NCBI GenBank assembly: GCA_002633005.1
Contig: NMRA01000174.1
Span: 704,047-768,046 of the forward strand
DNA length: 64,000 nt
Reading direction: 5' to 3'
Origin: Phoronis australis
Taxonomy: Eukaryota > Animalia > Phoronida
This document shows positions 15,686 through 28,137 of the stretch, in pieces. Both the position numbers and the translations under genes were made by a program. The notes below the pieces were generated by a model. It searched no databases and was not told where the DNA came from. It saw only the letters and a list, made by a program, of their open reading frames with translations. The stretch's first letter is position 1. Each line of letters starts with the position of its first letter.

Positions 15686-18600
15686 GCTATCACCCTCCTC
15701 TCCTCCCCTATCCCTCTCTCCTCCCTCCTATACCCCTCCCATCCATCTCTCTCCCCTCCCATCCCTCCCCCCTATGCCCCTCCCCCCTATGCCCCTCCCC
15801 CCTATGCCCCTCCCCTGTCTTTCTCTCTCCCCAATCCCCCTCCCTGTCCTCTTTCTCCCTCACCCTCCCTCTTTACCACTATGGTCATCATTACTTTTGG
15901 CTGTTTTATGTCATGTAATCTTGGGAAAGTTAGGTTTTCTCATGTAAGTACTGCCAACATCATAATGTTTTACTTATGATGGCTTTATTTGCAGCTTAAT
16001 TTGCTACCTAAGTCACCCTCTCCACCCCATTATGCTCTTGTCAAATGAAACCATAAGGCTGTGTGACCTTATGCATTATATGCTGGTTGGTACAAGTGAT
16101 TGTGCAGTAACTGGATGATAATTATTCATTAGGCAGTCATGCTTGTCGTATTTTATTGTGTGGCTGTCAAACCAGTTCATTAGGCATTGTGACAAAATGT
16201 GATCTCTGAAGCACACTGGCATATTATGTTGTCTAGTAGGTAAACCACTTTTATTGTGTTAAAAACAAATTTGTCTGGTGACCTGTTACCTGACTGTCAT
16301 AGTTAGCTTGGCCTAAATACTTAGAATTTATTTTAAGGACGCATGACAATGAGATTTGAAGGCATGAAACCACAATACCCCACCCGGTTGAGTTTTGGCT
16401 CAATTCTTCCTAGATTTTTTTTCACAGGTTGCTGTTTTAATTGTTTTTCGTACCAGTACCTAGTTTGACATACTTAGCCTTTTCAGTAAAAAGTTTTAGA
16501 AGCAGTTCTCTTAATTTAGCTCTTCACTGAGAAGATATTTGTGGCTGAACCAATTCTAATAAGAGTGACCTTGCATTTTGATATCAGGGGAACAAATATG
16601 CATTTTTAAAAGGAACACTTGTTTCAGATCCCAAATTCTATGGGATGCTAATTCAACAAGGTTTTAACCTGTTATGTACTGATAATGTGAATAATTGCTT
16701 GACGTGGAGTGTGGTAAGCACCAATTGGGTGGCACATGAAAATACTAAGGAACAGGATTGTAATATTCGGCTTGTTGGGGCTTACTTGGGTTGTTTCTTT
16801 GTCAGCTAGACTGTTGTAAAAGTGACCAGCTGCCATTGCTTTGGTAAATTCCTCAATTGCAATATAAAGGAGGACTTCTTATTGCATTGTAGGTTCACCA
16901 ATGAAAACCGTAGTTATCTGGACATCAATCAAAGAGCACAGTTTGCAGGCATTGCAGCCTCAGCCTGGCTCAGTATTCGTCTCAAGATGCTCGGCGTTGC
17001 CATGGTTACTGGTGTAGCCTTCATCGCTGTACTTGAGCACCATTTCCGGACAGTGGACCCAGGTACCAAGTGTTGGTCCTTATGTCTGGTGCATACCCTG
17101 AGGGGTCCTAGCAGTTTGGATTCCCTTCTGGTTGTTCACTCGCCACCTTTCTTGCATTTATTTACATAGTTTAAAATTTAATTTTATTGTTTGTCAGGTT
17201 GTGCTGATTTGTGTGATGATACTTTAAATAAAACCATTTAAGAGTCCTTACAGCCTTACAACTCCTTTTAGGAAATGGTCTTAAAATCATATTCTGAAGC
17301 TAGTAGTTTCATGTTTGTAAATGGATGGTTCTAATTAGCTGTGGTGCAGTGTCCTAAATTCATGGTATATGTGTTAGGATTCAGTGCATTCCCGTTACAC
17401 CGATCCTTTAGAATAACCATCTNTCTGTGGTGCTTTAAGCAACTGGTGTATAGGATGTGCTTGTATTATGAAGATTACTCACATTTTCCCCTAGCCTATT
17501 GAGGAGACAATGACCATGCCTTTCCATTTTGGAAAGTATGCCCTCTACTGGCCACTTTATGGTACCAATAAACAACCCTAGAAGGATACCGTATGCGGTG
17601 CAATTGTGGGCGCATTTCAACGCTCTGCGTTGCTCTTGTTTCACAGGTTGCTGTTTTAATTGTTTTTCGTAACAGTACCTAGTTTGACATACTTAGCCTT
17701 TTCAGTAATAAAGTTTTAGAAGCAGTTCTCTTAATTTAGCTCTTCACTGAGAAGATATTTGTGGCTGAACCAATTATAATAAGAGTGACCTTGCTTTGGG
17801 ATCACAGGGGTACAAATATGCATTTTTAAAAGGAACACTTGTTTCAGATCCCAAATTCTATGGGATGCTAATTCAACAAGGTTTTAACCTGTTATGTACT
17901 GATAATGTGAATAATTGCTTGACGTGGAGTGTGGTAAGCAAGACTTGTTGATCATTAACACCAATTGAGTGGCACATGAAAATACTAAGGAACAGGATTG
18001 TAATATTCGGCTTGTTGGGACTTACTTGGGTTGTTTCTTTGTCAGCTAGACTGTTGTAAAAGTGACCAGCTGCCATTGCTTTGGTAAATTCCTCAATTGC
18101 AATATAAAGGAGGACTTCTTGTTGCATTGTAGGTTCACCAATGAAAACCGTAGTTATCTGGACATCAATCAAAGAGCACAGTTTGCAGGCATTGCAGCCT
18201 CAGCCTGGCTCAGTATTCGTCTCAAGATGCTCGGCGTTGCTATGGTTACTGGTGTAGCCTTCATCGCTGTACTTGAGCACCATTTCCGGACAGTGGACCC
18301 AGGTACCAATTGTTGGTCCTTATGTCTTGTGCATATCCTGAGGGGTCCTAGCAGTTTGGATTCTCTTCTGGTTGTTCACTCGCCACCTTTCTTGCACCCT
18401 GTCCCCAATCACGATTCTGGAGTGATTTACATTTATTTACATAGTTTGAAATTTAATTTTATTGTTTGTCAGGTTGTGCTGATTTGTGTGATGATACTTT
18501 AAGTAAAACCATTTAAGAGTCCTTACAGCCTTACAACTCCTTTTAGGAAATGGTCTTAAAATCATATTCTGAAGCTAGTAGTTTCATGTTTGTAAATGGA

Positions 18601-21600
18601 TGGTTCTAATTAGCTGTGGTGCAGTGTCCTAAATTCATGGTATATGTGTTAGGATTCAGTGCATTCCCGTTACACCGATCCTTTAGAATAACCATCTTCT
18701 ATTCATAGGTCTAGTCGGTCTTGCCATATCGTATGCATTGTCCATCACCAACCTGTTAGGTGGCGCTGTACAGTCATTCACAGAGACCGAGAAACAGATG
18801 GTTGCTGTGGAACGCGCTCGTCAGTATATTGACGATACTCCACAAGAAAGACAAGATGGAATACTACATGTAAGTGGTTCTTGTATTGGTAATTGTAGTA
18901 TTAGAAGTAAAAGTAGGAGCAGAAATGAAAGAGTGGATATGACCAGTTGATATCAGTAATACCTTTTCCAAAATCAGTCATCCATGAACCTCATTGTGAG
19001 CTCCGAGTTTGGCAATCTTTTTTGGTAGCCTTACAATCCTGATGTCAGTAAAGTTAAATAATATTTTTTGTGTTCAATTTGGTCACATCTGTAATTATCT
19101 CTACCCCAAAAAGAGGGCTGACTGATTGAATTAATCTTGTGGTTATTGTTATTTGCTTTTTAGGGTCAGAGTACACACTTGATATGTATGTCATCTTTAC
19201 AATGTACCCACTAGGTGCCACCCTATTGGCCAATTCAGGGATCTATTTCCTTTGAACGTGTATCCCTGCGCTACCGACCGGGTCTTCCATTGGCGCTCAA
19301 CAAAGTGACATTCGAGACAGAACCTGCGGAGAAACTCGGTATTGTAGGTCGCACTGGCTCCGGAAAGTCCAGCCTATTTCTGTCACTGTTCAGGATCGTG
19401 GATTGTTGTGCTGGCGGTATCTCCATAGATGGCATCGGTGTCACTTACATCAGCCTGCAAGAACTCAGGTAAGAACAGCCATGGTCTTGCTGTGTTGATG
19501 TACAATCATATTATTTGACGCGCTTTGGTTGTTTTGCTATTGTCTGGCGTAATTTTTGTTCAACATTACTATAATTCTACGCCCAATCACTATGAGTTAT
19601 TTTTGAATTATTTATTTGTTCTGAATTATGCATTGCTTTGTATGTTGTAAGGACATATAGCTGGGCCTACCCAACCCCAGCTGTATCCATTAATGTTGAT
19701 TAATATGATTTCTGGGAAAATAAATGTATTACAAATATATCTTTAAATTGTTTTTCTGCAATTTCTGATCTGTGTCTTAAATATAACACAATTTACATTG
19801 CAAGGTCGCAAATAGTAAAACAGTCATTTTAGTTAGAGATTCCTTATTACATTTATTGAAAACAAAAAAGCAATGTACAATAGACAAAGGAAACACACAC
19901 ACTCGCATCACACCCATGTGTGTGCATTTTGAGACCTGACAACAAAATTAGAACCTATGTGTACTCATGAAAACAAAAGAGCCAGAGAAGACTATTGTTG
20001 AAATTTTCGTATTTACAATTTCTGAAATAGAGATGAGATATTATTCCATTTGAATACACTCGAGTGCCTCCATTGGGATATTTTTTTTCTGATTTCCAGG
20101 TCCCGTCTGGCCATCATTCCTCAAGACCCATTTCTGTTCACTGGTAGTGTACGGCTGAACCTTGACCCAGCTGAGCAGTTCAGCGACAACCAGCTTGCCA
20201 CCATGTTACAGCGGTGCCATCTAGCCAACGCTGTGGCAAAAATAGGAGGTCTAGACGGAGACGTGGGCGACAGGGGAAACAACTTCTCTGTGGGACAGAG
20301 ACAGCTGCTGTGCTTAGCTCGTGCACTGATCTCTAAAGCAAAGGTAGGCTATGTTAAGTTTTTTGTGTGAAATGGTTGCTTCGCTGGTTACTTATTGGGG
20401 ACAAGTAAAACAACAACAATAATATATATTTTAGGTTGTATTGGGAATTTCAGGGTCACAGCTCTACAAATGAATATTTCACAGAAGGAACAAGATGGGT
20501 TCCTTAATTACAAGAGATAACACACACATTTACGATACCCAATGTGTAATTAAGTATCGGATACTAAGTGGCACAGGTTAGCATAGTACCAAATGGGTAC
20601 ATAATACCAAATGGGTATTGGCCGATTGCCAACCAAGTGGGTCGAGCAAAACGGCAAATTCAATAACAAGTACCAAATGGGTACAACTGCCAAATGGGTA
20701 CAACTGCCAAATGGGCAAATATCATATAATAAAGTACCAAGTGGGTACATCAAACAGCCAACTGGGCTATAACAACCTGCAAAGCAGGTTCCGGACAAGA
20801 TGAGTGAGCAGACCAGCCACAGTGATGAAAAGAGACAGTAAAGAACGTGGTGCTGTGGCTCAGTATGTGCCAAATGGGCAGGGTTGTTCATGAATGAACA
20901 ATCCTGTCCACCGCCACAACCAGTTACTTAATCTTAGTGGCACTGACTTGTAAAATTTTTGACCTCTTCAAATGCTTGTTGTTTTGCATTTGATTTTGGA
21001 AGTTCAAGTCTTATGATCCTCATGGCCTTCTAGTTGTCAAGGGGACATGTTTGCTTTTGTACCAAAATGTCTCTAGGGTACCCTTGTGCACCATAAAGGT
21101 TTGTTTGACGAATGCAGATTTGTTTTTTGTGTGGGTCGTGTACCATTAGGAATTCATTTGTACATGTTTTCCATTGAGGAGCTGTTGTTTATTTTCATGT
21201 CTTAAAGCAGTCTGACTTTTTATGCTAATTTTATACTGGTGCTTTTTTATCTTGTAATGGTCGACAACACCTACTATTCCTCACTGAATATACTAGTGTT
21301 TTAATGTATCCCGTAATAGAAGGACAGTACCCCCGTTTTCCTAAGAATAACAGTAGTCTCATCTAATTCTCAGATTCTCTGCATTGACGAGGCCACGGCC
21401 AGTGTGGATGAAGAGACGGACAGGCTGATACAGCGCACGATACAAGAGGAATTCCGCGACAGCACGGTTCTGACAATCGCTCACCGCATACAGTCTGTGA
21501 TGAGCTGTGACAGAGTGTTAGTCATGCATCAGGGACAAGTGGCAGAGATTGGCTCACCATCGGACTTATTGAATAACGACAAGTCTCTGTTCTATGGCCT

Positions 21601-21619
21601 GGTCCATGGTAATTTGTGA
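2..21619 (+). CDS. ABCC10: ABC transporter C family member 10 (MRP7), multi-exon, 5'-partial
   Basis: Phase-consistent GT-AG exons: <2-1294, 2054-2281 (dup 5202-5429), 2893-3055 (dup 6047-6209), 8305-8426, 9029-9379, 9854-10043, 10481-10714, 11581-11677, 12006-12192, 13576-13791, 14492-14619, 16893-17062 (dup 18133-18302), 18709-18869, 19215-19468, 20100-20343, 21374-21619 (TGA). NBD1: [30 protein letters not shown]2: [33 protein letters not shown]10-typical strings: [61 protein letters not shown]. Confidence 0.93.
4210..7424 (+). other. Second copy of ABCC10 segment ~1599-4208 (two exons plus introns); probable allelic haplotype duplicated at a contig join
   Basis: Starts immediately after the single N at 4209. 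Both copies end in ...GATCAGTCAAGCGAG. The exon differences I saw are all synonymous. Including both copies (228+163 nt) would shift the frame. Confidence 0.85.
14921..14970. repeat. (GACACA)n microsatellite
   Basis: Direct reading of the sequence. Confidence 0.95.
15637..15870. repeat. (TTG)n microsatellite followed by a C-rich pyrimidine tract with CCCCTCCCCCCTATG repeats
   Basis: Direct reading. Explains the spurious poly-Leu/Pro ORF 15627-15947. Confidence 0.95.
17424..18697 (+). other. Second copy of ABCC10 segment ~16420-17422 with the 170-nt exon; probable allelic duplication
   Basis: Single N at 17423. 17639-18697 matches ~16420-17422. One synonymous exon difference (GCC/GCT). 170 nt is not a multiple of 3. 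Confidence 0.85.
20586..20750. repeat. Degenerate array of CCAA(A/G)TGGG motifs in an ABCC10 intron
   Basis: About 7 copies of CCAAATGGG/CCAAGTGGG, often in the form GTACCAAATGGGTAC. Confidence 0.7.
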
Positions 21620-23819
21620 TGCTTACCAGTGGTTACATAATGATAAAAGTAAAACGGTTTTTCTGTGTCGCTTCCCTTTTACAGTTGATGTTTTATTTGA
21701 GATGGAAATGTTCATGTATGTGTTGGGCCATATTGTCTGTATGGATACATATTCAACCTTGGAGTTTCTGTCTCAGTCTTGTTCTGTATTATTGGCTATT
21801 GTTTGTCTGTAGGTAAGGCCTTCAGATGCTTCCGTTTTGTTTTGAGTTTTTTAACATGAACAATTATATAATGCAATTATTCCTAGGTGTCTTGATTTGA
21901 AGTATGTTAGATACACAACATTGTAAATGTTATGCAATGTTTAGACTCAGTTGCTCAGTGTTCGTGTTCATCTTTGGAGATGGGTACATGCCTTAAAGTT
22001 TTACTGAAGAACTTGTGTTTTTGTAAGCAAACATTAAAATACAAGATAAAACAATTCTTTTGTGGCATTTGCCTTTGAGCAATGTGAGTTCTTTTCTTAT
22101 CTTACCGAACTGTCAAGGATGTAATTTTTTGTAAATTATTATCAGCTTCAAAATTGTTACTTGTATTGCACAATCCTGGTCAGGGGATTCATAACACCAT
22201 AATAAGCTCTGTATAAAATCCCTAATGATGCTCAACTGTAACTGCCACCATTTTTACTTGGGTCAGTAAAAATCCTAGTTCATGCAACTTTGTTTATCAT
22301 CATGGTTTCTTGTCTTACGAACTGGCTGACCATGTTTCAGCTTACAGCTTAAACCTGTTTATTGTCATGTTTGATTGATTATTCAATGTTCTTAACACTT
22401 ACCACTGTGATCAGGTAGCGAAACTGCAAAATTCAAAGACACTTGCTGAAGCGTTTTATTGTATTGTATAAAGAAAATGTAGGTGTGGTTTAATAAAGTT
22501 GTTACTAGGTTTGTGTATTATGTTTCTTAAACAGAATCAAATAGTCAATAGTTAGAGCTTTTGGGTAAGGTTAAAATTATGTAGGACCATTTTCGATATT
22601 CAGCCAAATATCTACAAACTATAATAGATTTTAAACTAGTATGTAGAATTTTGATTTTCTATTTGATACCAATCTGACATTAATTGGATCAAGTAACCAT
22701 CTATTTTTGGTAAAATTAAGCTAAAAGAAAGGTACACATCAAAAACATCCGTATCAATAACGTGACTAAATGTTTAAGATGAAGTCTCAAAATTGCTGTT
22801 ACAGTTACCTAAATTATCATTTCGCTTTTGTTTTACACAACTTTTGATTTCTTTTTCATGAAAATCATAATAAAAATCCAAATTTTTTATAGTCCCTCAT
22901 ACAAAAGTGGGACATTTTAAAAACAATTCCAAACAATCATTTTAGAGAACACTGAATGCAACATTGCATCTGTATGAATGGGCTCCCCCTCGTCTGAGTT
23001 ATGATGCGCAAAGTTGGCCAAATATGGAATTTTTCTAGGGCTCTCCATAACCTTAAAGTAAATTAATTAAAAGAAAACGCAGCTGTTGGTACTTTGCTTT
23101 TGAGATCAAAAGATGTCTTTCTCTTTTCACCATGTGTCTGATGCTGTAAAGAGGTGAAGGTCAAATCGTGATTGGCCGACTTGACTGTTGCAACTGAGAA
23201 TTCAATGTTATGTGCTAAAATGAACATTTCCTGGCTGATTTCATGTGTAAAATAGTGGGTTGATATTTTTAGTTAATCACTAACTGTTGTGTACACTGTG
23301 ATGTTAAATAGCTTCATGGAGAAAATATTTTTGTATAATAATCAGAAGTTTATTTCTTGAAAGCATAATTAATACTTACCAGTATATTACTGGTTATTTC
23401 ATTTATTTCCTTTACTTATGTTTTCCTTGTTATATGTTTTTGTTAAAGGCTCATTTCCTTCAAGTCAATTGCCTGAACAGCAAATTATAAACTAAGTTAC
23501 TTAGACTTGTAAAATAGGTCACAAATGCTTTGGTAAATAACAGAAATGACTTTCGCCCTTGGCATCATCTAGTAAAACGAATTCGGAAATCGTCAATGTC
23601 GAAAGAGTGGCCAGCCTTTCCAGACTTGGAATTTGTCAGTTTTGCAAAGTGTTTTCGATGTAAAGCATTTGTTTAGCCCAGTTTTATTGGATTAAGTAAC
23701 TTTTGATATTTAGTGTGTATGTGGAAAGTGGAATGGTGAAGCTTTAATGTTGTATTTAGAAATATAAAACTAAAAAAGAAATATTTAACATTTGCATGCA
23801 CACGAAGTTAAAGTAGCAT

Positions 23820-24130
23820 TTTGCCCAGTTTAGTTGGTAAAATAACGAAAATTGAATTGGGCCTTTTACTCTTCTAAATATTTCTTACCGAGATATGATT
23901 CTATCTCTGTTTCCAGTCAGAGTATCAAAACCATCAGCGACATAAGATAACGCTTCAGAGTTCATTGAGGTTGGCCAGCCCTAAAATGGCAAATTTAAAT
24001 ATGGTGCTTGTCCCGAATGTATGTGGTTGGAGTTGTTAATTAAAACGGAATCTTTGCTACCTAAAGAATATCATGTGACCAGTTTCATGGCGCTAAAAGG
24101 TCTAATTAGATTTTTGTTTTTAGCCAGATG
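23820..24130. repeat. Old interspersed repeat; diverged inverted copy at ~43630-43960 and a fragment at ~38825-38865
   Basis: Shared blocks in the same order: AAATATTTCTT.CCG.GATA, CCATCAGCGAC, TTGGC.AGCCCTAAAAT.GC, GAGTTGTTAA. Confidence 0.6.
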
Positions 24131-24520
24131 AACGGGGCGAAGTTCAACTTTAAATGTTGAGTTTTCATTGGCTGATTAACTCATGATAATTATTATTCAG
24201 CTCTTGTAATGGTATTTATATCAGAATGTGTTCAGACGGATTGCCAAGTTATTGTAATATTGGTGATCTAAATGATCTTTTTCACTTGTTGGCAATATAG
24301 TTCATACCGTCTTGTTATGCATGTTTACTTTTTATTAGAATCGCGAGATGTCGCAATCACTCTGTAAATAACAATTGCATTAAGCAATGTAGTCGTAGTG
24401 GTAAGTAGTTTGCTTGCAAATGGGTAAGGGCTGTGAAGCCTCGTTTTCATGGTTTTGGTGAGAAATGTCGAAACCACAAAAAGTACGAATTGTAAAGATA
24501 TTCAATTGGCTTATATCTTA

Positions 24521-24673
24521 CAGTGGCGGATGGGGCCAAGGGGATCACGCCCCCCCCCTAAAATTCTCCCAGGTTCCATTTGGCAGTTCGGGGGTGCAAA
24601 TGTCTGACGGGCAAAATCCTGGCTAATACTCTGCCCTGGTCCCCCCTACCTCAAAATCCTGGATCCGCCTCCG
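24521..24673. mobile_element. MITE, hAT-like CAGTGGCGGAT ends, 5-bp TSD
   Basis: Imperfect TIR CAGTGGCGGAT/ATCCGCCTCCG. TCTTA on both flanks (24516-24520, 24674-24678). Related to 52632-52941 in the opposite orientation. Confidence 0.8.
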
Positions 24674-25098
24674 TCTTATGCAGAAATTAGTCACCGCATA
24701 ATAGTTATAAGCGTGAAACGTATTGTGATTTAAAAATAGATCACGAACTCGTTCTTCTTGGCGTCGTCCGTGGCTTTTACTTCTTGAGAAGAAAACCTGT
24801 CTGTTTTGTAATCAAGTCTCGTATAATATTTGACACGACAAATTATGCACTGAAAATTGGTGAAGTTAAGTCATGTACTGGAAGAGGTTCATGCAATATG
24901 AAAATAATAAATTTAAACTTGGAGTTCATATTGCATGTTCGAGACAGCTCAACTCACTTCTGTTTTATCCCCCGGGTATTTTAATACCGTCGGGTCGACT
25001 CGCACCAAGTCGCCAGTGTAAAAAGTTATTGAGAGACTGGTCGCGTTTGCAGCTTGGCCTTGGTCCCCACCATGGCCTTCCATCTGTTAGCCTCATTT

Positions 25099-25288
25099 CA
25101 TGCGCGCACCCAGCCTTTTGCTGACAAAATAGCGGGAGGACTAAAACAACGGGGTACCACCTTCAGGTCTGTGAACTGTGCGTATATGCGCCTTTTTAGT
25201 TGACTTTTGTCTCGTTTTCTCTGACTTTTGTTTCTCTGAGGCGGATCTTTTTACCCACGTTCGAGCTCCCCCCCTGGGTGCGCGCATG
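25099..25288. mobile_element. MITE with perfect 15-bp TIR and 5-bp TSD
   Basis: CATGCGCGCACCCAG (25099-25113) / CTGGGTGCGCGCATG (25274-25288). CATTT on both flanks. Confidence 0.85.
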
Positions 25289-27215
25289 CATTTGTGAGGT
25301 CAATCATCTCTGACGTTGGCCTTATTTCTTCTGTTAAACAGATGCGCTCACTTAATCACACATATGTGATAAAGTAACATGTCGAGCAGGTGATTTTATG
25401 TGCGCTTCAGGTCTCTAAAGCAACGCGTGCCGGCGGGATGTACGATTGCGCTAGAACAGAGATATTGTAAAGACGCGGCGTTGGTGTAGTTTTGTATTTG
25501 TGTAAATTCCAGTGTCTGGTCTTGATACAAAAATACGATTGTGTGCTAAGAACATGATGCCTCCCTCTCCTCCTCCCCCCCAATTATGATCTTGTTAAAC
25601 ACGTTGTGCTACACTGAGCATTTGATTATGATCAGAGTGTCTGAAATATCTTTCTTAGTAGCGTAGTAAATATTTTGTGGGTTACATGCGTGACGGTGCT
25701 CTTTGATTGCTGCCCAGTTTGGACAATTTCAGGCTTTATTTAAAAACACAGTCTCGTGGTTGAGTCTTTAGTCAAAAGGAAATGACAAATGACAACAAAA
25801 GCACCAACATATATGAATAATGAAATCTCCACGCCTTTGTCAAACTGTTTTTTTTTTTTTTTTTTTTTAGTTTCACCCTCTTCCGTGAAATTGCATAAAC
25901 AACGAATGTCAGTAACTAGACCCTTCAATATTTACAACAGAAATATGAGAGTTGATAAGTAACATTGTTTCTCGTTTGAGAAAATCATTAATTTACACAT
26001 CATGTCCATTTTGTGGACTACTTGGATTTCATAGTAGGCTTAGTAGTACGTGCCGCGTACTTGACCAATAAATACATATTACAAGACAAGCGATATTTAA
26101 AACACTTGGTCTTATCTAGACCCCAATAACGGTGAATGTACATGTTTCAATAAGAGCAGTCTATAATCAACCTACAGAAACAAAGACATTTGCAACTGTG
26201 TGAGTGACAATCATGCAGTAATAATACAACTAGAAAACTTGTATAAAAAGTAATGTTCACACATTAACAAAACAATAGTACATGTCTATAAGACAAGTGA
26301 ACAGAAAATGAACGACCATTTGGAGCATCATCGCCTTTCCGGTTGCGGTTACCATGACTCGGTTGTCTGATGGTGCTTTGCCGTTCTTCTATGTCCGGAT
26401 CGTTTGTCTGTCTTTTAGATGTCATTTTAGAGACAGTAGTCATTTATATCAAATTTGTCTAATCCAATGTAAAATCCCTTTTACGTTACCACGTCAGCGG
26501 CGGAGTACCGCAACGAGTTGCCAGGTAGATAATTAGCACGAGAATATTTAAACATTTTGTAAACAGTAAAACCCTAGCAAATTATTATCGACAGGGCATA
26601 CTAGGGAATTAATTTACAGCGCCAATCCGACTGTAAGCATAGCCCTACAGCGGTCCATATATTTAACCATCAAAAAACCTTGTTAGGTTGGCTTTACATT
26701 TTTCTTCAACATACCCCTCCACTACACTGCAGAGTAAAATTTTCAAGAAAATCTACAGTAGAGCCGCGTAGTAGTCATGCGATAAGGTAGACATTTCAAA
26801 TGTCCAACGCTGCGCCAACATCGGGTTAAACACCTCCAGAATAGGGATCAGTGAGATTGTCAATCTTCCTCCCTCACGTTCTTCACGTGCGTTCTCGTAA
26901 CGCATTTCCTGTCTCGAGAAATGCAGTTCTTTCTTATAAACCGCATTTTTTACGCACACAGTTCTGCATAAAGCGGTTGTAGATCCACGTTCCACCCAAG
27001 AGGGAAATTTGATTTAGACTTCTTGTCGCTTTTAATTTGTTCTTATTCGTAATTCAAGACGAGAAGGGACTTTCCGGGTTTGCAAAGAGCTGGCAGTTTG
27101 TTATTCCTCGAGACCGTACTCGGCACATAAAATGACACGCCTCGACCACTTAAGAGCCTCTCAAACAATAATTAACTTTTGTGCAGTTTTTTCGAAGCCT
27201 TGAAATCACCTCCAA

Positions 27216-27366
27216 CATAGGCGGGTTAAGGGGGGTCTCGACCCCGCTTTTTCCTTGATTTTAGTGATGTCAAATCTAGAAATTTCTAATTGTTGACTTG
27301 GACCTACTTTTTAAAAAAATCCTTGAACTGACCCTCTCCCTTTTATAAATGCTGGATCCGCCCCTG
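27216..27366. mobile_element. MITE, GGATCCGCCCCTG end, 5-bp TSD
   Basis: CATAGGCGGGT...GGATCCGCCCCTG, flanked by TCCAA on both sides. Confidence 0.75.
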
Positions 27367-28010
27367 TCCAATTCGGCTAACTAAAGGGACGGTTTCATAA
27401 TGGTAAGTGGTCTAAATCTAAAGTTGGTTTCTGTGATGGAAGGCGGGGTTATAGCCCCTGTAGAGCATGGCCCTGATTTAATTCCAACGTTCTCGAGACT
27501 CGATAAGTGACCTCGGGATATGATGTATAGACTCGTCGGCCTTGTTGAAAAAAAAACGTTTCCTAGAACCGTACGTATTTTCTTAAACTGAACATAGAGC
27601 AATCTTTAAAGAGGCCGTGATTACCGTAGGTCATTTAAGTGTGATAAGTTATCTGATTAAAGATTATTTATAGCAGCCACCCATCCGACTAATATGTTCT
27701 CTTATCGTGTGACTTGCACACTGGTGATATCAATAACCACTGGTCCGTGACGGTGATTTCACAACATCAGATCGACTTCTTCTAAATAGGCGTGGTCTTT
27801 AATTGTGGTAAACATTCTCGGTGGTGGGTGTTGAGTTCAGCCCAACTAAAGTGAGTACACTTGTGAGAACAGGGAACGTTCCCGTAAACTTGTAGTTGTA
27901 GCTGTTACATGTAGTAGTAATCCCTCTCAACAGACCATGGTTCTAACGGTTTACTAAAACGACAAAAAGTAATATTACATTTAAAGCCGGGAGATGTAAA
28001 CCAGAGTAGT

Positions 28011-28137
28011 GTTCAGCAACGCTAGGACCTAACTAAAATCTAGCCAAAATCATGTGCTCTCATTTAAAATACACGGCAATATCTCACGTAATCTCGCGAA
28101 GTCTTGCTTTTTCAGCAAGGTCCTAGCGTTACTGAAC
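28011..28137. mobile_element. MITE family with 20-bp inverted repeat GTTCAG(T/C)AACGCTAGGACCT, copy 1
   Basis: TIR pair with 1 mismatch. Internal sequence is the reverse complement of the copies at 42223 and 51108. Confidence 0.85.

Noticed and set aside
15627-15947. 106-aa ORF resembling a signal peptide plus Pro-rich protein
   Set aside because: It is the translation of (TTG)n and a C-rich tract inside an ABCC10 intron.
26264-26443. 59-aa minus-strand ORF MTTVSKMTSKRQTNDPD..., faintly like the sushi paralog N-terminus
   Set aside because: No sushi Cys/Trp pattern, TM exon or matching splice structure; the match is too short to exceed chance.
27660-27856. TATA-like TATTTATAG, GATA sites and a GTGAGT donor suggesting an extra first exon
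   Set aside because: No downstream coding exon could be linked; such short motifs arise by chance.
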